Of a stretch of DNA of 63,185 nt, positions 28,275-36,771 are shown piece by piece; position 1 is the first letter of the stretch, and each line of letters opens with the position of its first letter. The notes below the pieces were generated by a model that saw nothing but the letters and a program-made list of their open reading frames with translations, was not told where the DNA came from and ran no database searches. The position numbers and the translations under genes are program-made. The DNA comes from Kofleriaceae bacterium (GTDB taxonomy: Bacteria > Myxococcota_A > Polyangia > Haliangiales > Haliangiaceae): positions 1 through 63,185 of the forward strand of contig JBKJUF010000048.1 of NCBI GenBank assembly GCA_046590445.1, in the 5' to 3' direction.

Positions 28275-29570
28275 ATGCGCAACCACCTGACGATCCTCAC
28301 CCTGATGGGCCTCGTGTCGGCGGCTCTCGCTCAGCCCACGTCGCCACCACCACCGCCCGAACCGGCCGCGCCGCCACCTGAACCTGCCGCGCCGTCCCCA
28401 GCGCCGGTAGACGCGACCACGACGCCGGTCGTCGCGGACATCCCGCCGCCGGTGCCCGCCGAGCTGCCGCCCAAGGCGACGAAGCCGGCAGGCACCGCGG
28501 GTTTCGACAAGGGCTTCTTCATCAAGAGCGATGATGGCAAGTTCAGCGTCAAGCTCACCGGCCGCGTCCAGCCGTTCTACGTGCTGACCCGCACGAAGGA
28601 GCCACGCGACTACGCGAGCGCCTTCGAGATCCGTCGCGCGCGGCTCGTGCTCGAGGGCAACATCCACACGAAGAAGCTGCTCTACAAGATGCAGTCCGAT
28701 TTCGGAAAGGGCTTCGTGACGCTGAAGGACTTCCACGCCGATCTCGAGATCGCGGCCGACACCTGGATCCGCGTCGGCCAGTGGAAGCGCCCGTTCTCGC
28801 GCCAGCAGATCAACTCGAGCGGCCGGCTCGAGGTCACCGACCGCTCGATCACTGACAAGGCGTTCGGCGCGGGCCGCGACATCGGCATCGCGATCCGCAA
28901 CGACTACGAGAAGTCGCCGGAGCTCGAGTGGATCGTCGGCGTGTTCAACGGCACCGGTGACGGCTCGAAGATCGTCTCGACGACCACGATCGACGACATG
29001 ACCGGCGACGCGACAACGGTGACCACGCTGCCGACGAACGTGCCGGCGAAGCTCAAGCCGGCTGTGATCGCCCGCGTCGGGCTCAACCGCGGTGGGCTCA
29101 AGGGCTACACCGAGGGAGACCTCGAGGGCGGTCCGCTGCGGTGGGGTGTCGGCGCCAGTGTCTGGCTCGAGGGTGACTACGACGACGACGACAAGTCGAA
29201 CCAGAAGGTCGAGCTCGACTACATCGTCAAGGCCGAAGGGTTCTCGACGACCGGCGGCGTGTACGCGCAGACCGAGCAGGACGGGACGAGCGTCGGCGAT
29301 GCGACGAAGTCACTCGTCGGCTTCCACGTCCAGGGCGGCTACATGGTGGTCCCGAAGCAGACGCAGGTCGTGGCGCGTTACGCGCTGGTCAGCGATCTCG
29401 TTGCTGATGACAAGACCGCGCGTGATCAGCAGGAGATCTCGGTGGGCGCGAACTACTTCGGGTATGGCCACGACGCCAAGCTCGCGGGTGCGCTGCGCCT
29501 GATCAAGGCCGGCGACGGAGGCTTCGGCGACGCCATCGTGTTCGAGCTCGGCACGAACATCGGCTTCTGA
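28275..29570 (+). CDS. phosphate-selective porin O/P family outer-membrane porin (Pho-regulon associated)
   Basis: ATG at 28275 gives MRNHLTILTLMGLVSAALAQ followed by a Pro-rich linker. Porin O_P-like blocks are RVGQWKRPFSRQQ and GRDIGIAIRNDYEKSPELEWIVGVFNG, and the protein ends in F. It is divergent from phoB. Confidence 0.85.
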   Translation: MRNHLTILTLMGLVSAALAQPTSPPPPPEPAAPPPEPAAPSPAPVDATTTPVVADIPPPVPAELPPKATKPAGTAGFDKGFFIKSDDGKFSVKLTGRVQPFYVLTRTKEPRDYASAFEIRRARLVLEGNIHTKKLLYKMQSDFGKGFVTLKDFHADLEIAADTWIRVGQWKRPFSRQQINSSGRLEVTDRSITDKAFGAGRDIGIAIRNDYEKSPELEWIVGVFNGTGDGSKIVSTTTIDDMTGDATTVTTLPTNVPAKLKPAVIARVGLNRGGLKGYTEGDLEGGPLRWGVGASVWLEGDYDDDDKSNQKVELDYIVKAEGFSTTGGVYAQTEQDGTSVGDATKSLVGFHVQGGYMVVPKQTQVVARYALVSDLVADDKTARDQQEISVGANYFGYGHDAKLAGALRLIKAGDGGFGDAIVFELGTNIGF

Positions 29571-29583
29571 CGCCGCACGCGAC

Positions 29584-29961
29584 TCAGGCGCCGGCACTGT
29601 GGTCGTCGTCACCATCGTCGTCGTCGGGGGGCACGCCGGCGGCGATGTCGGCGGCAGGATTCGCCGCGGCTTTCGGCAGCGTGATCTGCGGGTTCTCGGG
29701 GTGCGGCCGGTACAGCACGATCGTGTGGCCGAGCACCTGCGCGACCGCGCTGTTCGTCTGCTCGGCGATCGCCTCGGCTGCCGCGTGACGGTCGACGCCA
29801 GCGGCCTCGCCGACCTTGACCTTGATCAGCTCGTGGTCGGTCAGCGCCTGGTTCACGGCCGCGACGAGCCCAGCGTCGATGCCCCCCTTGCCGACGTGCA
29901 CGAGCGGGTGCAGCGGATGCGCGAGCGCGCGAAGATGACGTCGTTGCTTGCCGGTGAGCAC
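29584..29961 (-). CDS. yhbY: ribosome assembly RNA-binding protein YhbY (CRM domain)
   Basis: The motifs are LTGKQRRHLRALAHPLHPLVHVGKGG and ELIKVKV. It also carries an acidic C-terminal tail. Confidence 0.8.
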   Translation of the reverse strand: MLTGKQRRHLRALAHPLHPLVHVGKGGIDAGLVAAVNQALTDHELIKVKVGEAAGVDRHAAAEAIAEQTNSAVAQVLGHTIVLYRPHPENPQITLPKAAANPAADIAAGVPPDDDDGDDDHSAGA

Positions 29962-29967
29962 GGGGCT

Positions 29968-31203
29968 CTATAGCCGAAAACCGCCGCGCCCGTCACGACG
30001 CCGCCGGACTACGAAGCCGAGCAGCGCGAGGGCCGCCGCGATGCCGCCGCTGGAGCCGCCGACCTGACAGCCGGCGACCGCGTCATCAACGCCGCCGCCG
30101 TCGCCGTCGCCGTCACCGCCCGGCGCAGTGCCGGTGATCGTCACCTCGATGGTCGAGGTCGTCGTGTGGATGCCATCGCTGACGGTGATCGAGATCTCGT
30201 GCGCGCCGTCGTCAAGCATCGCGGGCGTCGCGAACTTCCAGGGCGGCGCGGTCAACGAGGCGATGGCGACGCCATCGATCACGAGCTGCGCGAGCGTGAT
30301 GCCGACGTCGTCATCGGCGGTCGCCGAGACCTCGAAGCCCGCGGCGACGCGTGCGCCATCGTAGGGCACGGTGATCGCGACGACCGGGGGCTCGCGGTCC
30401 GCGGCGCCGGCGGCACCGAGCCGCTCGGTCAGCAGCGCGAACGAGTTCTGGGTCGCGCGGCACGACGTGGCGCCGACACCGCACGGCCGCGCGCTGGTCT
30501 CGCCACATGCGGCGTCCTGGTTCTGGAAGCTGCGCTTGCCGTTGTGGCTGAGGTACGTCATCGGGTCCGACGCGAGCAGCTCGTGATCCAGGCCGTAGCT
30601 GTGCGCGATCTCCTGCGCCTGGATCTCGCAGATCACGCGGGCGTCCTGGGGGACAACGTTGGTGAACGTGAACACCATCGAGTGCTCGACGATCGCGCAC
30701 GAGGTCGAGAACGGCGAGACCCCAGCGACCCGCGGCGGCAGACCGAGCTGCGCCGGCGAGCCGCCGAACACCGCCTCGAGGTGCGCGACGTTGCCGGGGT
30801 CGGTCTCGGTGAAGGTGATGTCGAACGGTGCGAAGATCTCGCGGAGGCAGGTGACGGTGCCGGTCCAGGTGGTCGAGCTGACTACCCACGGCTCGATCGA
30901 GGCCTGCTGCGTCGTCACCGAGGATCGGTTCACGCGCGAGTCGTTCGAGCCGGGCGTGACGGTCACGCCGTTGCGGTTGAGGTAGACGACCCGGCTCTTC
31001 GCGCGAGCGGCGGTCGCCGTCGGTGCGCCGGTGATATCGCCGAGGTTGTCGTCAGTCGGCACGACCTGACGCGCGAGCTGCAATCCGTCGGGGCGGTCGC
31101 CAAGGACCACGTCGGTCCGGCGGTGCGCAGTGTCGGTGACGAGCGGCGCGAGCAGCGCGACGACGGAGGCGAGGATCGTGATCACGGAGGTCGAACCGAC
31201 CAT
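29968..31203 (-). CDS. metzincin-like secreted protein with Ig-like domain and MYXO-CTERM-type tail (variant QExxHxxGxxH motif)
   Basis: It contains AQEIAHSYGLDHELLASDPMTYL, a beta-rich domain (VVAITVPYDGARV...ISITVSDG) and a C-terminal AGCQVGGSSGGIAAALALLGFVVRRRR. Confidence 0.7.
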   Translation of the reverse strand: MVGSTSVITILASVVALLAPLVTDTAHRRTDVVLGDRPDGLQLARQVVPTDDNLGDITGAPTATAARAKSRVVYLNRNGVTVTPGSNDSRVNRSSVTTQQASIEPWVVSSTTWTGTVTCLREIFAPFDITFTETDPGNVAHLEAVFGGSPAQLGLPPRVAGVSPFSTSCAIVEHSMVFTFTNVVPQDARVICEIQAQEIAHSYGLDHELLASDPMTYLSHNGKRSFQNQDAACGETSARPCGVGATSCRATQNSFALLTERLGAAGAADREPPVVAITVPYDGARVAAGFEVSATADDDVGITLAQLVIDGVAIASLTAPPWKFATPAMLDDGAHEISITVSDGIHTTTSTIEVTITGTAPGGDGDGDGGGVDDAVAGCQVGGSSGGIAAALALLGFVVRRRRDGRGGFRL

Positions 31204-31246
31204 CGCGACGCGAGCTGTAGGTAGTCAAGGCACCCCGAAAACAGCG

Positions 31247-31271
31247 GCGCCCGCAGAGACTCTGCGGGCGC
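31247..31271 (-). terminator. strong GC hairpin between the two metzincin-like paralogues
   Basis: GCGCCCGCAGAG-a-CTCTGCGGGCGC is a perfect 12-bp inverted repeat about 80 nt downstream of the 31353 stop. Confidence 0.45.
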
Positions 31272-31352
31272 TCGGGACATGGGGAGGAGGAAAACCCAGG
31301 TCCCTGGGAAATTGACTGAAGGACAGCGAGGCCGTCTGGCCGGTCACACGTG

Positions 31353-32582
31353 TTACGAGCGGCGACGGCGTCGGAGGAGCCCGACGAGCGCGAGGCCGAG
31401 CAGCAGGCTGCTCCCACCACCGGTCGAGCAGCCGCCGGTGATGTCTGCGGAGTCGGTGCCGCCGGTGCCGGTACCGTTGTTGTCGCCGCCCGGAGGCGGC
31501 GCGCCGCGGCGGACGGTGACCGCGATCTCGGTGGCCTTGAGGTTCTTGCCGTCGGTGACCTCGATCTTGATCGTGTGCGGTCCCTCGGCGAGCGTGTCGG
31601 GCGTGGTGAACGTGAACGGGTCCATCGAGACCGAGCCCGAGGCGACACCGTCGATGTAGATCGACGCCATCGTCACCCCGATGTTGTCGGTCGCGATCGC
31701 GGTGACGGCGAAGCCGGGCGGGACGATCGCGCCATTGGACGGTGACGCGATGCCGACGGTCGGCGCGATCGTGTCACCGGGGGCCGACTTCGAGCCGAGC
31801 CGCTCGGTCAAGAGCGTGACCGAGTTCTGCTTCGCGCGGCAGGTCGAGCCGTTGATGCCGCACGGGCGGGTGACATCCTCGCCGCAGCTCACGAGCTGGT
31901 TCTGGAACGAGCGGTTCGCGTTGTAATCGAGATACGTCATCGGATCGGACGCGAGCAGCTCGTGGTCGAGGCCGAAGCTGTGCGCGACTTCCTGCGCCTG
32001 GATCTCGCACGCGAGGCGCGCATCGGCGGGGATCACGTCGGTGAACGTGTAGACGATCGAGTTCTCGATGACCGAGCAGTCGGTGGTGAACGGCGACACC
32101 CCGGCAACGCCCGCGGGCAGGCCGAGCTGTTGCGGCGAGCCTCCGAACACGGCCTCGATGTGGGCGACCGTGCCCGGATTGGTCTCGACGATCTGGATGT
32201 CGAACGGCGCGAACAGCTCCTTCATGCACGCGACCGTCGCGGCCCAGGTCGTCGCGCTGACGTTCCACGGCGCGATCGTCGTGGTCTGCGAGGCGACCGT
32301 CGAGCGGTTCGTGCGGGCGTCGTTGGTGCCCGGCGAGACCGTCACGCCGTTCTTGTTGAGGTAGACGATGCGGCTCAGCGCCAGCGCGCTCGTCGTCGGG
32401 CCTACGTTTGGCGGCGGCAGCACCTGCCGTGCGAACTGCAGATCGTTGACGGTCTTCGCACCCATCACGAACTCGTAGCTCTGCGCCGAGCCACTCGGCT
32501 TGACGGCCTGAGCGGGGTGCTCGGCAGCAGCGATCGACGGACCCAGGAGAAGCGCGCCGACCACGATGCTGCTGAGCCTCAT
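31353..32582 (-). CDS. metzincin-like secreted protein, tandem paralogue of 29968..31203
   Basis: ATG 32582 (MRLSSIVVGALLLGPSIAAA; alternative ATG at 32597). It contains AQEVAHSFGLDHELLASDPMTYL, and its C-terminus is GGCSTGGGSSLLLGLALVGLLRRRRRS. Confidence 0.7.
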   Translation of the reverse strand: MRLSSIVVGALLLGPSIAAAEHPAQAVKPSGSAQSYEFVMGAKTVNDLQFARQVLPPPNVGPTTSALALSRIVYLNKNGVTVSPGTNDARTNRSTVASQTTTIAPWNVSATTWAATVACMKELFAPFDIQIVETNPGTVAHIEAVFGGSPQQLGLPAGVAGVSPFTTDCSVIENSIVYTFTDVIPADARLACEIQAQEVAHSFGLDHELLASDPMTYLDYNANRSFQNQLVSCGEDVTRPCGINGSTCRAKQNSVTLLTERLGSKSAPGDTIAPTVGIASPSNGAIVPPGFAVTAIATDNIGVTMASIYIDGVASGSVSMDPFTFTTPDTLAEGPHTIKIEVTDGKNLKATEIAVTVRRGAPPPGGDNNGTGTGGTDSADITGGCSTGGGSSLLLGLALVGLLRRRRRS

Positions 32583-32898
32583 GGGAGCAGCAATCATCAC
32601 GGATCGTGCCACTCGGGTCAGTTGTCCCCAGCACGCCGGAATCGGTCGTCGCCGCGCAGAGTTAAGTCGTCTTGCGCATCGAACCCAGGGATCGCGATGG
32701 CGACGTGCGGTCGCGGACTTGGAGCGCCGCGATGGGGGTCGCAGTGGGACTGCGGGGAGCGGGCCCCCGGCTCTGCGGACGTCGCGATCACGCGCGCACG
32801 CGCCCATGTTCACGCGGGCTTCACGCGAGCGCTCACGCGATCTCACGCCACATCCGCGCAGTGTCGATTTCACCAACCGCCAACCCGGAGTCACTGCC

Positions 32899-33594
32899 AT
32901 GAAGACCCTGCTCGCGATCGCCATCGTCACCACCGCCGCCTCCACCTCGTTCGCGCAAGCCCCGGCGCCGCAGCCGGCACCGGCGCCCGAGGACTGCTGC
33001 CCGCCGGCCACCCAACCGCCGGCGCCGGCGCAGCCGCCCGAGCTGATGCGGCCGGTCGCCGCCGCCGAGCCCGCGGGCTACATGCCGTCGCGGCAGCGCG
33101 AGCAGGTCGACGACAGCGGCTGGCACGCGCCGGTCGGGCGGCGGCTGCTGCATGGCTTCCGCCTGGGCTACACGTTCGTGCAGAACGCCGACAAGCCTAC
33201 GCGCCTCGATGACACCGGCGAGATGGTGTCGATCAAGGAGAAGTTCGGCCTCAAGACGCCGCACATGATGCTGATCGGCTACGAGGGCTTCTACCGGATC
33301 ATTGGCCACTCCTGGCTGAACGTCCTCATGGTCGGCAACGTCACGGTCGCGGGCCTCGAGCAGAGCAAGTTCATCCCCGCCGCGAGCGGCCTGATCGGCG
33401 CGGAATTCAACGAGAGCTTCCAGGTCGGCGTCGGCGTCAACGTCACGCCCGATCCCGACGCGCCGACCCACATGATCGCGGCGGTGGGCTGGACTCCACG
33501 GGTCGGCGCGATCAGCACGCCGGTCCACTTCTTCGTCGTCCCGGACACCGAGGGCAATCACCGCTGGGGCGGCACCGTCGGCGTCACCTGGTAG
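32899..33594 (+). CDS. hypothetical secreted protein
   Basis: ATG 32899 gives MKTLLAIAIVTTAASTSFAQA, a signal peptide followed by a Pro-rich linker. The C-terminal half is beta-rich and ends in W. Confidence 0.6.
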   Translation: MKTLLAIAIVTTAASTSFAQAPAPQPAPAPEDCCPPATQPPAPAQPPELMRPVAAAEPAGYMPSRQREQVDDSGWHAPVGRRLLHGFRLGYTFVQNADKPTRLDDTGEMVSIKEKFGLKTPHMMLIGYEGFYRIIGHSWLNVLMVGNVTVAGLEQSKFIPAASGLIGAEFNESFQVGVGVNVTPDPDAPTHMIAAVGWTPRVGAISTPVHFFVVPDTEGNHRWGGTVGVTW

Positions 33595-34902
33595 TCAGCG
33601 GCACGCCGCTTCGAGATCTTCGATCTCCTTGGGACACGCCGCTGTGAGGACCTCGTTGCCGTCGGCGGTGATCGCGACGTCGTCCTCGATGCGCACGCCG
33701 ATGCCGCGGTACTCCGCCGGCACGTTCTCGGCGGCCACGCCGATGTAGAGCCCGGGCTCGATCGTGATCACCATGCCCGCCGCGAGCGGGCGCGGCTTGC
33801 CGCCCTGCATATACGCGCCGGCGTCGTGGACGTCGAGGCCGAGCCAGTGTGACGTGCCGTGCATGAAGAACTTCTTGTAGGTCGCGTCCTCGATCCTCGC
33901 GTCGACCGGACCCTCGAGGAGGCCGAGCTCGATGATACCGGTGGTCAGCGCGCGCACGCAGTGATCGTGGATGTCGTCGATCGTCGCGCCGGGCTTCGCG
34001 ATCGCGATCCCGGCCTTCTGGGTCGCGAGCACGAGCTCGTAGACCCGGCGCTGCGCCGGCGAGAACCGGCCGTTTGCCGGCCACGTCCGCGTGATGTCCG
34101 ACGTGTAGTGATCGTACTCGCAGCCGGCGTCGACGAGGACGAGGTCACCGTCGGCGATCGCGCAGCGGTTCTCGATGTAGTGGAGGATCGTCGCGTTCTC
34201 GCCGGCACCGACGATCGACGCGTAGCCCGGGCCGTTGCCGCCGCGGCGCCTGAACTCGTGGTTGATCGCGGCCTCCAGCTCGTGCTCGAACACGCCCGGT
34301 CGGCCTGCGCGCATCGCGATGAGGTGGGCATCGCTCGTGATCGCGCATGCCTTGCGCAGTGCCTGGAGCTCCTCGGGTCGCTTGTGGAGCCGCAGCTCGT
34401 GGAGCGCGACCCGCGGATCGACGACGGCGCGCGGCGGCCGCTTGCCCTTGCGCTCGGTGCGCCGCAGCCGCTGGATCGCCGCGGCGACGAGCAGGTCCAT
34501 CTCGCTGTCGAGCCCGAGGCTGTAGTGCAGCTCGTCGAAGTTGCCGATCAGGTCCCCGAGCTTGCTCGCGAGCTCGGCCGCGGGGAAGCTCGCGTCCGCG
34601 CCGTAGATGTCCTTCGCACCCTCGAGCCCCGCGCGCTTGCCATCCCAGATCTCCAGATCGGGATCGCGCGGCCGCACGAACATCACGACGCGCTCGGACT
34701 CGGCGCCCGGCCGCAGGATCAACGTGGTGTCGGGCTCGACGAAGCCGGTCAGGTACAGCAGATCCGAATGCTGGCGAAACGGATGAAACGCGTCGCCGTT
34801 GCGCAGCCGCTCGGGCAACGACCGCACGACCGCCACCGCATTCGGTCCGATCGCGGCCATGTACGCATCACGGCGTGCGGCGAACACGGCGGGGTCGAAC
34901 AT
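33595..34902 (-). CDS. pepP: Xaa-Pro aminopeptidase (M24B)
   Basis: The N-terminal domain has FRQHSDLLYLTGF. The pita-bread metal-ligand blocks are VLVDAGCEYDHYTSDITRT, GTSHWLGLDVHD and ITIEPG. Confidence 0.9.
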   Translation of the reverse strand: MFDPAVFAARRDAYMAAIGPNAVAVVRSLPERLRNGDAFHPFRQHSDLLYLTGFVEPDTTLILRPGAESERVVMFVRPRDPDLEIWDGKRAGLEGAKDIYGADASFPAAELASKLGDLIGNFDELHYSLGLDSEMDLLVAAAIQRLRRTERKGKRPPRAVVDPRVALHELRLHKRPEELQALRKACAITSDAHLIAMRAGRPGVFEHELEAAINHEFRRRGGNGPGYASIVGAGENATILHYIENRCAIADGDLVLVDAGCEYDHYTSDITRTWPANGRFSPAQRRVYELVLATQKAGIAIAKPGATIDDIHDHCVRALTTGIIELGLLEGPVDARIEDATYKKFFMHGTSHWLGLDVHDAGAYMQGGKPRPLAAGMVITIEPGLYIGVAAENVPAEYRGIGVRIEDDVAITADGNEVLTAACPKEIEDLEAACR

Positions 34903-34911
34903 GCGGCGGTT

Positions 34912-36618
34912 CTAGCACGCCACGCGCGTCACCGACGGCGGCCCTGCACGACGACGACGCACGACGATGACGGCCACGCCGAGGAGCGCGAGCCAGCTGC
35001 CGTTGCCGCCGCCCGCCGCGCACGCGCGTCCATGATACTCGGTGTCGTCGCCGGGATAGTCCTCGCCGTACGGCGGCTGCGGGTACGGCTCTCCCGAGCG
35101 CGGGCAGCTCGCGAGCTCGGTCTCGGTGTTCGCCCCCTTGGCGCGCAGGTTCGTGACGAACTTGTCGAGCAGCACGAGGTCGGCCGCGATGTCCTCGTCG
35201 GCGGTATAGATCTCGCCCCACGTCGAGGCGCTGCGCCGCACCGCGCCGAGCACCGCACCCGCGCAGTTCCAGTCGGTCGTCGCGTAGTCGGTCGCGAGCC
35301 GGAACCCGAGGAACATGTTGTACATCGCGTAGCGCTCGGCCATCTCCGGATACGAGAGGTACGGCGTCTCGAGCATCTCCGACGGATCGCGATCGTAGTC
35401 GAGCGTCAGCGCCTGCGTGATCCGCTCGGTCGAGCCGGGCTGGCGATACGACAGCGTCAGGTCCGCGACCTTGCCGGCGCTGCTCGTGTGCGGCTCGAGC
35501 TGGATGAAGATCATGCTGCCACCACCACGCCGGCCACCGGTGTCGGGGTTCGGCCCCTGGGTGACCCGGCTCGCCAGGAACACCGCGGGGACCTCCATCG
35601 ATCCGACCTGCGGACCGGCGGTCCACAGCGTCGAGCCGATCACCGACTTCATCTCCCACGTCGTCGGCGTCCGCGCCTCGATCTTGATGTCGAGCGCGAG
35701 CGGCGACATGAAGTACGCGAGCTCCTCGGTGAACACCTCGGTCGCTGCGGCCGCGTTCTCGACGTAATAGAAGTTGCCGGCGCCGCGCTCGGCGAGCCCG
35801 CGCATCAGCAGCACGTCGAAGTCGTTGCCGACGCCGATCGTGGTCAGGCCGATGCCGCGCGAGATGAAGCCAGTCGCCATCGAGATGATCGCCGACTGCG
35901 ACGTGATGCCGACGGTCGCCAGGCCGTCGGAGAGGAAGATCACGCGGTTCTGGCGCTCGTTCGGCGGGCTCTCGCCGAGCATGTTGAAGCCGGCGCGCAG
36001 GCCGTCGTGGATGTTCGTGCCACCCCGCGGCTGCAGCGCGCTCACCACCTGATGGAGCCGGGTGCGATCGAGCGTCGTCGTGAACGGCGCGTCGATCGTG
36101 ACGACGTCATCGAACGAGATGATCGCGAGGCGATCCTCGGCGCGGACGTTGTCGATCAGCGAGTGAAGGCCGGTCTTGACCTTCTCGAGGCGCTGGTCGG
36201 CCGACATCGAGCCCGAGTGATCGACGACGACCACGAGGTTCATCGGCAGCCGCTGGTACTGCGCCCGATCGACGTTCGTGTTCACCGAGAGCTGGAGGGC
36301 CGCCTGGTACTTGCCGGTGATCCAGTCCTTGCCGACCGAGAGGCCGGGCGACAGGCAGAGCGTGCCGCTGCACGTCAGCTCGGGCGGCGCGTTGTAGTGC
36401 TCGTTGAAGAAGCCGTTGGCGTCGAGCGTGGTCGGCCCCGGGATCTCGCCGCGATCGAGGATGCCGCGGAACTCGCCGATGTCCTGGGCACCACCGAAGC
36501 TGACGCCACCGGCACCGGCGTCCGCGGACGGAGCGCCGCCGGGCCCGGAGCCAACATCTTCGCCTCCACCGCAGGCGGCCACCGAGAGCACGAACGTGAT
36601 CATGAGGAACGAGCGCAT
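34912..36618 (-). CDS. vWA domain lipoprotein with MYXO-CTERM-like C-terminal tag
   Basis: The lipobox is VLSVAACGG and the MIDAS motif is VVVVDHSGSM. The C-terminus is CAAGGGNGSWLALLGVAVIVVRRRR. Confidence 0.8.
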   Translation of the reverse strand: MRSFLMITFVLSVAACGGGEDVGSGPGGAPSADAGAGGVSFGGAQDIGEFRGILDRGEIPGPTTLDANGFFNEHYNAPPELTCSGTLCLSPGLSVGKDWITGKYQAALQLSVNTNVDRAQYQRLPMNLVVVVDHSGSMSADQRLEKVKTGLHSLIDNVRAEDRLAIISFDDVVTIDAPFTTTLDRTRLHQVVSALQPRGGTNIHDGLRAGFNMLGESPPNERQNRVIFLSDGLATVGITSQSAIISMATGFISRGIGLTTIGVGNDFDVLLMRGLAERGAGNFYYVENAAAATEVFTEELAYFMSPLALDIKIEARTPTTWEMKSVIGSTLWTAGPQVGSMEVPAVFLASRVTQGPNPDTGGRRGGGSMIFIQLEPHTSSAGKVADLTLSYRQPGSTERITQALTLDYDRDPSEMLETPYLSYPEMAERYAMYNMFLGFRLATDYATTDWNCAGAVLGAVRRSASTWGEIYTADEDIAADLVLLDKFVTNLRAKGANTETELASCPRSGEPYPQPPYGEDYPGDDTEYHGRACAAGGGNGSWLALLGVAVIVVRRRRAGPPSVTRVAC

Positions 36619-36771
36619 GACCGTGGCTACAGCAATGCCGGGGCCACGCTGCAGAAGCTGCGATTTCGCGAGGCCGGACCATCACTTGCCCCGCCGCGTG
36701 CCGTGCGCGACGGCGGCCGGCAGTTTCGGCCGGACCCCCGCGGTCACGACATTGGTGTCGTAGGATGCGCC

